62,310 nt of DNA, taken from Chiloscyllium plagiosum (Eukaryota). The position numbers and the translations under genes were made by a program. Shown here piece by piece: positions 13,386 through 24,778 of the stretch. Every line of letters begins with the position of its first letter. The first letter of the stretch is position 1. The notes under the pieces are model-generated. The model saw only the letters and a program-made list of their open reading frames with translations, was not told where the DNA came from and searched no databases. The stretch spans positions 84,520,239 through 84,582,548 of the forward strand of contig NC_057719.1 of assembly GCF_004010195.1 (NCBI RefSeq), written 5' to 3'.

Positions 13386-14251
13386 CACAGGAAAAAAAAG
13401 TCATGAGTGTTATGGGCAGAGGGAAAGACTGAGAAGGCAATTTGGTGATTCTTGAGATGATTGTTATGATTCTTATCCTGGTCAAAATGCTACTTCTCAG
13501 TTGTCCTTCTCCGGATGCTTTCACTGGAATCACAGAGTGGCTGGCTCACTGATAAAAGATATCTGACTAGCCGATTTAAAATCATGGCTGACAGCAACTG
13601 CTGAAGGAAATATTAATTCAGACTTAAATTGACTTTTACTCAGAGAACAGACAGCTCCTGTGCTAGTGGAGATCTGATACCTTCTTGTTCACAAGCCCAA
13701 GCTGTTCAGTTACCTGAAAACCCATCACATAGTTGTTGGCAAGCAGAAGGCCTTTGTGATTGGTCTCTGGACTAGTAACCAATTACCAGTTATTTGTATA
13801 AACTAAAGCTCCGACTAACCACAGCTCTTTGGTTCCATTTTGTCTGCATCCGCATTTTAACCACAGCTCATGCCAGCAGCTGTGAGAACACTGCTTACAA
13901 TGGGTGTGAGATTACTTGCTTCCAAAACATGCAGCCAACCTACTACAATCCTTGGTTCTAAAACAGTTCTTTTCTCATTTCGATCCCACAATTTCCCTGG
14001 CTGAACAACCTCCTTCTGTACTATAACAATACAGTAATTTTCTTAATTATCACAACTCCACTTCAAAAAGTATTTCATTGATTTTAAATTGTTTTGGGAT
14101 GTCCTATGGTTGTAAAATGTGCTACGTAATTACGTCTTTCTTTGAGTGTCCGTTGTGGTCACTGTTTCTGTAAAACTGTTGAAAAACAAATAATATGTAT
14201 ATATATGTATAATATATATAAGAGTTGTTGCTTTCTCACTTTGCATTTTAG

Positions 14252-14467
14252 AAAATAACAGAGCGTTTTGCCAGAAACAGAAAAAAGCCAGCTCACGAGG
14301 ATGTGGCAGAACAAGTATTTCTGATCACTGCAGAGCACATCCATTTGACTTATCATCGAGAGGATGACAGGATTACAGCACTGAAACGTGAATTCGCCCT
14401 CCCACCAAACTTGATGCAAAAAGATGACCAGGAGATTAACATGGAGCAGATTGTCGTCACTTTTGAG
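14252..14467 (+). CDS. DRC7: DRC7 exon (absent from the ORF track)
   Basis: cattttag| ... |gtacat. 72 codons, KITERFARNRKKPAHEDVAEQVFLITAEHIHLTYHREDDRITALKREF...TFE, cf. human KITERFFRNPAKPAEEDVAERVFL. Confidence 0.93.
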
Positions 14468-16349
14468 GTACATTAACACAGTTTCTGCACAGCACAAAGT
14501 CCATTCCTTCCCTGAATATAGGCCTTCTTGGCATAGCCAGCATTTACTACTAATCTGTAGTAGGTCTTGAGAAGGTTTGAGAGCCTTTTTCTTGAACCAC
14601 TGCAGTCCATGTGATGTGTGTACACTTGCAGTGTTGTGAGCGAGGAAGTTTCAGGATTTTGGCCCATTGATAAAAAGGAATGCATATATGTCAAAACTGG
14701 GATGGCATTTAACTTTGAATAGGACTTGCTTTGCATACATCAGCTGCCCATGAGGTTGCAGGTTTGAAAGATGCCATTAAAGAAGCCAAGGTACAACTGC
14801 AGTGCATTCTGTAAAGTGTGCATGCTGTATGCTGGAGGAAACTGATGGAGAACCAATCAAGTGGAGTGCTTTGTCCGCGATAACTTCTACTGTTTAAAGC
14901 ATCATTGGTGCTTCATCCACCCTAACATGTGGATGTTTTTGCATCATGCGCCTGTTCTGTGCCCTTGAAAGTACTAACCTTTGGCCTGCTCAATTGCATT
15001 TATGTGGCTCATTGGGTAGGTGGCCACAAACAAATAGATTGTGGGCAGGGGGCTTTTTGAATGTCAAGGTGAGCTGGTTAATCTGTCCCTGTCACAGATG
15101 ATCCCATACTGATGACCTGAGGCCTCCATTTGGCAGTAACCCACACCATGAGTGACAGATCTCCTTGAATAAACTAAAAACAACTGGTGAGCATTTGATG
15201 CCTAAGCCTGTACTGTTCCTGATATCAGTGATTTGGGTTCCAAGGTCAGTTAAAGGCTTGCATTTTAAGCATCAAAGGCACTTGGAATATGACATGTGAA
15301 TTATTTTAAAACAACAGATCATTATCTTCGACTCTCAGCAGAGCTGTTGCCTCATGGTTTCAGAGTCTTGTTTCATGTTGCATATATCTTGTTAGAAGGT
15401 AGTAAGGCTGGGGTATGTTACTGTGAACTTAAAAGGCTGAGGCGTGATCTAGAACCATTAAAAAAACACAGAAAGAGAACTTTTGGCCAATCATCTGGGA
15501 ATCTGTTCAAAGGCCTTGCTGATATTCATGTAGGCTACACCAAATGTTCTATCTTTACTGAACGTCCTTGTTACCTTCTCAAAACATTCCATTCAGTTAG
15601 TCATAAATGACCTTCTATTTATAGGTTTATGTGGCTGGCCTTGATGAATCAATACCTTTCTAAGTGATGATTTACATTTTAAATTGCCCATCATAATTGT
15701 TTCTTATAATTTTCCCACTACTAAGATCGGGCTGTTGGCCTTTTGCTACCTGATCTAACCACAATCTTCTCAACAGCATTTAGGAATGATTGAGCAGTGA
15801 TCCTAGTGATGTCCATTTCCCATGAATGATTGTGAAAAAAGTCTTCAGTTAAGGATGGGATAAGGGATCCCATCCCTCTATAGGTTGGATGTAGGGAGTA
15901 TAGTTGCACAAGCTACTATTCCCTCTGGCCCACTAGTAGTGAGCTAAAGGCATCTTCCACCTTCCCAAAATTGAACTTACCTCCTTTCATCTGTTAGGTT
16001 TCCCAGATATTTTCTAGTCACTGTTAAGCCAGCAAAGTGGGACAAATCACAGGATGCCAGTCTCTTAAACATCTTGAAGGTACCAATCCCTTCCTGGTTG
16101 ACCTCCCCCACTTATCCCAAGAAATGGACAGATTGGAGCTGGGTTTCTGGATTTTTAAAATTTTAAATTCTAAGCTGACCAGGATCACTTTTGCATCAAG
16201 TTTGGTGGGAGGGCGAATTCACGATAAAATGAATCATCTTGCAGCCACCCTAATACTTTATCATAGCAGATATAAACCTTCTACCTCAGGAGAAGCAATA
16301 GAAATTCTGACATTAAAGAAATCCATCTACTATGTTTACTGTTCTGCAG

Positions 16350-16460
16350 GTTGACCCATTGGCGAAGCCTTGCAAAAATGTGGTTCTGTATCAAACCATG
16401 ATGGACCTGCTGAAGACACAGGCTGCTTCGATGCAAAGTGTCAGAGATTCAGAGCATGAG
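16350..16460 (+). CDS. DRC7: DRC7 exon
   Basis: ttctgcag| ... |gtagtg. 37 codons, VDPLAKPCKNVVLYQTMMDLLKTQAASMQSVRDSEHE. Phase 0-0 fits both neighbours. Confidence 0.88.
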
Positions 16461-17369
16461 GTAGTGTTTGTGTCACTTTCGTAATTTGTCAGAAAGACGT
16501 TGGTTTGTTAAGTGTAAAATGAAACTTCCAGTTTGGGAAAGAGAAACTCTCCCTCAAGATTACAGCTCCACCTAACAGGAAGTATTTAATGAAGCTCGAC
16601 GGCTTCAACTTGGCTTCTCCCAACCCTCAAAAATTGTGTGGATGAATATACAGGCCTTCTGGGACCTCTTTGTACCAGTGCCAACATGATTTAGTGAATC
16701 CACCCAAGTTCCTTCCCAATTCCTTTTATTCCCTTTGCACCTGTTTTTAAACCTAACTTGAGAATAGAAATCTTTATTAAGATTGGATAGGGATTGTGTG
16801 GAAATGAATTGTATCACAGCTAGGCCATTCATACATTAGACTGGCAGGTACTTCCTTGCTAAATTATGTTAGAGATTACTGGAAAACATAAAATGTTTGA
16901 TTGCTGGCTTACTTTAGGCAAGAGTATTAAAGGCAATGGAACCAAGGTGCAGGTAAGATATAGATCAATCATGATCTAATTGAATAGATCATGGAACAGG
17001 CTCTGGAGACTGAAAGCCCTACCTCAGTTTCAGCTTTGTTGACTCGGATGAGAACATTGCCAAACATTATGCGTACTAAATGTAGTCTCAAAAACATATT
17101 ATTCATTTATTTCCTCTGATATTCCACTACCCATCACCTCCCTAGATTCTCCCAAACTGAAGGTTCTGACCCTTGAAAGATCAAAAATACAACAAATTTC
17201 CAAGTTGCCATTTACTTATCTATTATCTTCACTTGCCTTCTTCCTACAATAATCAGGTTATTAAGTCATAAATTTGGAATCAACTGGTCAGTGCTTTCTG
17301 ATTTCCCTCCATTGCACTATACTGGCTTGATGAGAATGTTTAATGACACAGAAGATCCAGGGAGAGCCC

Positions 17370-17720
17370 AGGGAAATGGAGTAAATGACACAACCAGTAC
17401 TCTCTCATTTCCATCCTCACAGACAATGAAGGACACAAATTCAACTGGGACAATTTAACCATCCTAGCACAGACAAAACAGAGACACGCAAGAGAGTTTC
17501 TTGAAGTCTGGCACTCCAACCAGGAACTCACTTAATAAACACATTGAACTGGACCCCATAAACAAACCACTCAGAAAGTACCAGAAAACAGAGACATGTA
17601 AATACCAGGCAAAACAGACCAACAATGCTTCACTGGAGGCACACTGACAATGCCACCTAGTGAAGTGATGAAACATTTACAGAAAAGCACATTAGCTTGT
17701 CGAATGAATCTACAACATGG
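17370..17720 (+). mobile_element. Penelope-like element 3' fragment (family D)
   Basis: h.FnWdnltILa...RHAREFLEVWHS-type GIY-YIG C-terminus, followed by a degenerate hammerhead ctgacaatgccacctagtgaagtgatgaaacatt at about 17645-17678. Confidence 0.7.
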
Positions 17721-18018
17721 AGTAATGATGTTCACTGTTTCTCCAAGGAATCAGTGGCTCTTCTGCTGCAACTTTGGCAGACAAAAATGGGAGAACGTGT
17801 TATGGAAACTGAACTCCATGTTGTGCTGCAACATGCTCTTTGAATCTTTTTTTTCTTAACGGTTCTTTTGAATATCTGGTAGCAGAAGAATCATGGACAA
17901 TAGTCACCTCTAACCTTCTGATGGGCCACTTGGATTGGTGAAATGTACAGGAGAGTGTGCTTCACTTCCCTTGACTGGGTATTCAACTCCCACGTCACTT
18001 TGACAAATTGTCTTTCCA

Positions 18019-18295
18019 ACAGTGGCTCAGCGGTTAGCACTGCTGCTTCACAGCTCCAGGTTCGATCCCTGCCTTGGGTAACTGACTGTGTGGAGTTGCA
18101 CATTCTCCCCGTGTCTGCGTGGGTTTCCTCCCACAATCCAAAGATGTGCAGGTTAGGTGAATTGGTCATGCTAAATTGCCCATAGTCAGGGGTGAATATG
18201 GGGAATTGGTCTGGGTGGGCTACTTTTCGGAGGGTCGGTATGGACTTGTTGGGCCGAAGGGCCTGTTTCCATACTGTAGGGAATCTAATCTAATC
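18019..18295 (+). mobile_element. HE1-type V-SINE
   Basis: tRNA-like head, V-domain, and tail ggccgaagggcctgtttccatactgtagggaatctaatctaatc. Confidence 0.9.
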
Positions 18296-18643
18296 AGACT
18301 GGCATTCTTTAAGTATAAGTTGGTACAGCCAAACTTTTTAATCTAAATTAGCCAGACATTTCTAAAGTTTAATTGTAGTTGTAATTCAGGAAACACAGCA
18401 CATTTTGCCCAGAGCCAAGTTTCATATGCACCATTATTGTTAAGCTATGAGGCGTGCATATTATTATATGGGCACTAAACTGAGTTAGTACTTTTGTGAA
18501 ATGTTGTAGCGCAGGGTTGCACAGAACACATTAAGTGTTGAACGTGAACTTACTCAATCAGAAGTTCTACCTTGAACTGTGCACTGAACAGGATTTCGAG
18601 TTAAAAACCACTCAATTAACAGATGATCATTACTATGTTTAAG

Positions 18644-18754
18644 ATACGTGAATTTCTCAAGGACAGAGCAGCTGAACGCAAGGCAAATGAGCTGGTTATA
18701 TCTGTGTATGACACAGAAAGAAATGAAAAGGCTAAAGAACACAGAAAGGAGCAG
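18644..18754 (+). CDS. DRC7: DRC7 exon
   Basis: gtttaag| ... |gtaagt. IREFLKDRAAERKANELVISVYDTERNEKAKEHRKEQ, cf. human LTISIYDTKRNEKSKEYRE. Confidence 0.9.
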
Positions 18755-20054
18755 GTAAGTCTGGAACGAAGTACCCCGAATTTGCTTATGTTTAGAAAAT
18801 GTAAGTACTACCCATTATCCTACAATCCGGTGTCAGGTGAGTAACAATGTTGTATTGGACTTGAGTATGAGGGGTTACATTTATACCATACAAATGGGAT
18901 TTGTTGTGAATTTCTCTGCTTGTTGAAGGATGGTAACTCTGGGGCATGAGGTTATTCTTCCCTTTATCTAAAGTAAAATTAACAAAGGGTCAAAGAGAAC
19001 TAGACCATTGTTGAAGAAGACAAATGTATCAGGATTTTAATAGCAAGAAGTAAATAGCAAGAAAAGTCTGGGCTGGCACATGTGAAACAACAATGGCATA
19101 GGAAAGTGGCAGTGGTGGGAACAGAATTGTTGTCACCTTGAGAGATTTGTATTCCATGGGGAGTGGCACTTTAGCAATCCTCTTGATCTGCTGGAGGTCA
19201 GATTGATGGACTCCTCTGATGCCTTGAACAAGTGTACCCACAGCCAGATGGCATAGTTAGCCATTTCACTGCATCATTTAAACCTTTGATGAACGCTGCT
19301 TGTGCTGTATGAAAGTTGTCACATTGCTTATGAGACACTGAGTCATGCTGGGTTCCGGAGGTAACTCCTGATTAATACACCTAACCTACACATCCCGATT
19401 CTCCTGTCAACCATTGAGATGTCCTGTACTCAGTGGGTTGGCCAGCCTGCCTCTGAGCCAGAAGCTCTGGGTTCATGTCCCATTGCATGCTGACCTAGGA
19501 AGGAGCATTTATAATAAGATGAAACCAATTTGCAAACCCTTCCAACATAAATAAGTGGCAGTAAGAATTGGAGAGAGATTCCTGGTCAGCTTTGTGATCA
19601 AAACAACATCAGAACTAAGAGCAGGAGTTCAGCCCTTCAAGCCTAGCCCACTGTTTGATAGGATTATGGCTAACCTCAGCTCAGCTGCAATTCCACTTTT
19701 CTGACTGCTCTCCACAACCCTTCAAATCATTGCTAATTAAAAATCTGTCTATCTCCTCCTTAAACTTACTCATGTTGCAGCATCCATTGCACTCTGGGAT
19801 AGTGAATTCCACAAATTCATGACCCTTGAGAAGTAATTTCACCTCATCATTAATCTTCAAGAATACTAAATTACATGCTGTTCCTCTTTCTCACCTCCTT
19901 CCTATCATGATGAATTATATCTAATTACACAATATCATACTTCAAACTCAGTTTTTGCTGGGACTTTCCTCTTTCGTCCCATGCTTGCTAGTTTCAAACC
20001 CACGTTTGCTCGATTTTACTGGTCATTTCATGGTTCACCCTGTCCTTTTATTGT

Positions 20055-20354
20055 AGGGCAGCGCAGTGGCTAACACTGCTGCCTCACAGCACCGGTTCCT
20101 AGGTTCAATTCCAGCTTCGGGCGACTGTCTATGTGGAGTTTGCACAATCTTCCCGTGTCTGCGTGGGTTTCCTCCGTGTGCTCCGGTTTCCTCCCACAGT
20201 CCAAAGATGTGCAGGTCAGGTGAATTGGCCATGCTAAATTGCCTGTAGTGTTAGGTGCATTAGTGAGAGGGAAATGGGTCTGGGTGGGTTACTCTTCGGA
20301 GGGTTGATGTGGACTGGTTGGGCCTGTTTCCACACTGTAAGGAATCTAATCTAA
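20055..20354 (+). mobile_element. HE1-type V-SINE
   Basis: Same head, V-domain and (aatct)n tail. Confidence 0.9.
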
Positions 20355-20657
20355 TATAAACTCTTCTTGATATTGTGCATGCTGTACTTATACTTAATGA
20401 AAAACCGGTTCAGAAGCACAATATTGATTGATAGTAACCACAATAATAAGATATTGGAATAATTGTCAACTTTGCCACCTTGACATTAATGTGATTTTTA
20501 AAGAACCCATTCTGATTATTCCAAAGCCAATAGGAATGGGGCACATTCTACGGTGACACATGTGATCAGCTACCCAAGCAGTGGAGCTGGGAATTATTTC
20601 TTACTGTTTTCAAATGACGTTAACAATTTATGCTGTGGCAAATACTTTATTCCTCAG

Positions 20658-20852
20658 GTGCGGTTAGAGGAGGAACAGCGACTGCGGCGTGCTGAGGAGG
20701 AGCTTGATTATCTTGCACCATTCCTTGCTCGACTCGGACAGCCCAGAAGAATTACAAAGAAAGTAGCCATGACACTCAGGAATGACTGCTTAACTGACAT
20801 GAAGCAGAGGCTCATCGATAAAGCCAATCTCATCCAAGCCCGTTTTGAGAAG
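20658..20852 (+). CDS. DRC7: DRC7 exon
   Basis: ttcctcag| ... |gtattg. VRLEEEQRLRRAEEELDYLAPFLARL...DCLTDMKQRLIDKANLIQARFEK, cf. human LDYLAPFLA...KQRLINKANLIQARFEK. Confidence 0.95.
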
Positions 20853-21105
20853 GTATTGAATATTCTTCTACACATTGCATAGTTCACCCACAACTATGAT
20901 AATCCAACCCAAAGTTTGCTTATGATCAGGGTGTGCCATCAAACTTTTCCACATGGTGCTGAGCTACAGGTCTGGAGCTGACCTTGTGAACTCTGATTTT
21001 GAACGTGTGAGTCCAAAGGTTTTCACTTGCTGCACAGAAGTTGTCACAAGTGACTCCAAATAGCATTCTCTGAACATTCTTTTGCTGGTGGTCAAGAATT
21101 AATAG

Positions 21106-21199
21106 AGTTTCCTGAAGAAGGGCTTATGCCCGAAACGTTGATTCTCCTGTTCCTTGGATGCTGCCTGACCTGCTGCGCTTTTCCAGCAACACATTTTCA
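21106..21199 (+). mobile_element. 94-bp hammerhead-bearing PLE-derived element (family A) with a 15-bp TSD
   Basis: TSD gtcaagaattaatag at 21091-21105 and 21200-21214. Confidence 0.9.
21112..21139 (+). ncRNA. Minimal hammerhead ribozyme motif (type I-like)
   Basis: CUGAAGA-A-GGGC(UUAU)GCCC-GAAAC-GUU. Conserved core boxes, a perfect 4-bp helix II, and a palindromic ACGU helix III. Confidence 0.75.
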
Positions 21200-21904
21200 G
21201 TCAAGAATTAATAGGAAACATCACTAAACTTCCAACTAAGTAACATGTATGGTGATATGTAATGGTACAGAAACATGTGGAACAGGCAAAAAGTGAAAAG
21301 AATGAAGTGTTTTTTTATTCTTCTAAACTCCAATGGTAAAGGCCTATTTTGCTCAATCTTTCCTAATAATTCCTCCATTCTGGGAGTCAATAGAATGGGT
21401 TTTCTGAACTCTTCAAATGCAATTATATTGCTCCTTATGTAAGAAGGTCATAACTGAACACGCCACTCCAGATGTAACCACACCAAGGTCCTGTACAGCT
21501 GCAGCAATACTTACCTAATTTTATACTTAATTCCCCTTACAATAAACGTAAATGTATCATTTGCCTTCTAAACACTTGTAGGATTGTACACCAACTTTTC
21601 TTTGATTCATTTACCAGGACACCCACATCTCTCTGTGTCAAAGAATTCTGTAATCTCTGACCATTCAAATAATATTATATTCTCTATGTCCAAATGGACA
21701 AGTTCACGTTTTTTCATGTTATTGTCTGTCTGCTTTATTTTGCCTACACACTTTGCTTTTTTAAGTCCCTTTGTGTACTCTCTATGTCCTCTTCACAATT
21801 TACTTTGCTGCCAGTTGAGTTTAAAGACTGTAAAACCATATAAAAGCATTAGCAGGATTTCTTCTTTATGTTTAAATTTAGTTTCTCTTTCTTCATTATC
21901 CTTG

Positions 21905-22022
21905 GTAAAAACAATGACTGCAGATGCTGGAAACCAGAGTTTAGATCAGAGTGGTGCTGGAAAAGCACAGCAGTTCAGGCAGCATCCGAGGAGCAGTAAA
22001 ATCGATGTTTCGGGCATCAGGA
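21905..22022 (-). mobile_element. Short family-A PLE-derived element with a 14-bp TSD; hammerhead internally deleted
   Basis: TSD cttcattatccttg at 21891-21904 and 22023-22036. The - strand starts tcctgatgcccgaaacatcg. Confidence 0.85.
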
Positions 22023-22159
22023 CTTCATTATCCTTGCACAATTCAGCAGTCAAAAAGGATAACCTCTCTATTCACTCCCAGGCCAGCTCTAATTAATCAC
22101 CACCTCTTTAACTGCTCCATTGTTGCTAAGTTATCAAACTATTTATCCAACCTCCAATC

Positions 22160-23750
22160 TCATAGAGTCTTAGAGATGTACAGCACGGAAACAGACCCTT
22201 CGGTCCAACTTGTCCACTCTGACCAGATATCCTAACCTAATCTAGTCCCATTTGCCAGCACCCAGCCCATATCCTTCCAAACCCTTCTGATTCATATATC
22301 CATCCAGATGCCTTTTAAATGTTGCAATTGTACCAGCCACCATCACTTCCTCTGGCAGCCCATTCCACACACACACACACACCACCCTCTGCGTGCAAAA
22401 GTTGCCCCTTAGGTCTCTTTTATATCTTTCCCTTCTCACCCTAAGCCTATGCCCTCTAGTCCTAGACTCCCCACACCAAGGAAACAACCTTGTCTATTTA
22501 TCCTATCCATGCCCCTCATGATTTTCTAAACCTCTATAAGATCACCCCTCAGCCTCTGACGCTCCAGGGAAAACAGCCCCAGCCTATTCAAACTCTCCCT
22601 CTAGCTCAAACCCTCCAAACCGGGCAACATCCTTGTAAATCTTTTCTGAACCTTTTCAAGTTTCACAACATTCTTCCGATAGGAAGGAGAACAGAATTGC
22701 ATGCAGTATTGCAAAAGTGGCTTAACCAATATCCTGTACATTTGTAACATGACCTCCCAACTCCTGTACTCAATATTCTGACCAATAAAGGAAAGCATAG
22801 CAAATGCCTTCTTCACTATCCTATCTACCTATGACTCTACTTTCAAGGACCTCTGAACCTGCACTCCAAGGTCTCTTTGTTGAGCATCACTCTCTAGGAC
22901 CTTACCATTAAGTGTATAAGTGCTGCTAAGATTTGCTTTCCCAAAATGCAGCACCTCACATTTATCTAAATTAAAAGCCATCTGACAGTCCTCAGCCCAT
23001 TGGCCCATCTGATCACGATCCCGTTGTAATCCGAGGTAACCTTCTTCACTGTCCACTACACCTCTAAGTTTGGTCTCATCTGCAAACTTACTAACTATAC
23101 TCTTATGCTCACATCCAAATCACTTATATAAGTAATGAAAAGTAGTGGTCCCAGCACCAATCCTTGTGGCACTCTACTGGTCACAGGCCTCTAGTCTGAA
23201 AAACAATCCTCCACCACCAGGCTTCTTGCATTGAAATAAATGCAGCATAATTTATCAGTCCTACCTTGTCCTCTGCTTTGTCCCTGCCTGCCCTGTTTGA
23301 CTCGCTTCTTTTCTCAACTGTACCAGTCTCAGATTGATCTCTTTCCTCACTATCGGCCTGGGTCCCCCCCAGCCACTTACTAGTTTAAATCCTCCCGAGC
23401 AGCTCTAGCAAATGTCCCTGCCACTATGTTAGTCCCCTTCCAATTCAGGTGCAGTCCGTCCTTCTTGTACAGGTCACATCTACCCTAGAAAAGATTCCAA
23501 TGATCCAAAACTGTGAATTCTTCTCCTATACACCAGCTCTTCAGCCATGCATTCATCTGCTCTATCCTCTTATTCCTACCTTCACTAGCTCGTAGCACCG
23601 GGAGTAATCCAGATATTACTACTCTCGAGGACCTCCTTTTTAAATTCCTGCCTAACTCTCGATATTCTCCCTTCAGAATCTCATCCTTTTCCTTTCCTAT
23701 ATCATTGGTTCCGATGTGTACAATGACCTGCTGCTGGGTCCTCTCCCCCT
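22160..23750 (-). mobile_element. CR1 LINE fragments (RT to 3' end, plus an ORF1 esterase-region piece)
   Basis: FNLDKCEVLHFG, LYR.LV.P.L.YC.QF motifs. (ctatga)-type tail at about 22160. DLYKKDGLHLN on - at about 23445-23475. Confidence 0.85.
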
Positions 23751-23769
23751 GTTCACAACTTTATCCCTG

Positions 23770-24770
23770 ACATGAGCGCCATCACTCAGACTGATTTGAA
23801 GGAGGAAGTTTTCAGTATCCTAAATTCCATTATGGTAGAGAAGTTGCCAGGGCCAGATGGGATCTATCCTAGGTTACTGCAAGAGGCAAGGGAAGAAATA
23901 GCTTGGGCATTAGCAGATATCTTCACATCCTCTTTCACCGCAGGTGAGGTTGCAGAGGACTGGAGATTAAAGTTGAAACTTTATTGCTGGAACAGCACAG
24001 CAGGTCAGGCAGCATCCAGGGAACAGGAGATTCGACGTTTCGGGCACAGGCCCTTCTTCAGGAAGAAGAAGCCCGAAACAGGCCCTTCTTTGGCCTGTGC
24101 CCGAAACGTCGAATCTCCTGTTTCCTGGATGCTGCCTGACCTGCTGTGCTGTTCCAGCAATAAAGTTTCAACTTTGATCTCCAGCATCTGCAGACCTCAC
24201 TTTCTCCTCGAGGACTGGAGATTAGTCAATGTTGTTCCCTTGCTTAAGAAAGGATAATCCAGGAAATTATAGGTCAGTGAGCCTGATGTCTATGGTAGGG
24301 AAGCTCTTGGGACAAGATGTGTGCACCAACTGACTGAATGTTTTGAAGAGGTGACAAAGATAATTAATGAGGGAATGGCTGTGGATGTAGGTTATATATA
24401 CTTTAGTAAGGTACTTGATAAAGTCCCACTTTATCAGATTGGTACAAAAACTAAAATCACATTAGATTTGGGATGGACTGGCGAGATGGATACAAAACTG
24501 GCTTGGTCATAGAAGATAGAGGGTGAAAGGGTGTTTTTCAAAATCGAAACCAGCAACTAGTGATCTCTTAGGTCCTCTGTTGTTTGTAGTATATATAAAT
24601 GATCTAGAGGAAAATGTAGGTGATCTGATTAGTAAATTTGCAGATGACATGAAGATTGGTGGAGTTGCTGATAGTGCCGGCAATTGTGAAAGGATACAAC
24701 AGGATATAGAAAAATTGGTGACTTGGGAACAGAAATGGCAGATAGATTTTAATTCAGATAAAAGGATAGA
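23770..24770 (+). mobile_element. CR1 LINE ORF2 fragment interrupted by a PLE palindrome
   Basis: PGPDGIYPRLL, EDWRLVNVVPLLKKG, LGPLLFVVYINDL, SKFADD. Confidence 0.85.
23970..24209. mobile_element. Palindromic family-A PLE element with a 15-bp TSD
   Basis: TSD gaggactggagatta at 23955-23969 and 24210-24224. Near-perfect inverted arms. On the - strand: ctgaagaagggcctgtgcccgaaacgtc (about 24034-24061). Confidence 0.9.
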
Positions 24771-24778
24771 CCAGATCT

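Noticed and set aside
12893..13455. Long THTH/VCVC ORFs on both strands
   Set aside because: Artefacts of the CA microsatellite.
20055..20125. tRNA gene
   Set aside because: The A/B boxes belong to the HE1 SINE head and continue into the V-domain; there is no full cloverleaf.
21584..22235. 170-aa and 94-aa ORFs as novel genes
   Set aside because: They are chimeric antisense reads through old CR1 and PLE pieces, with no splice or homology support.
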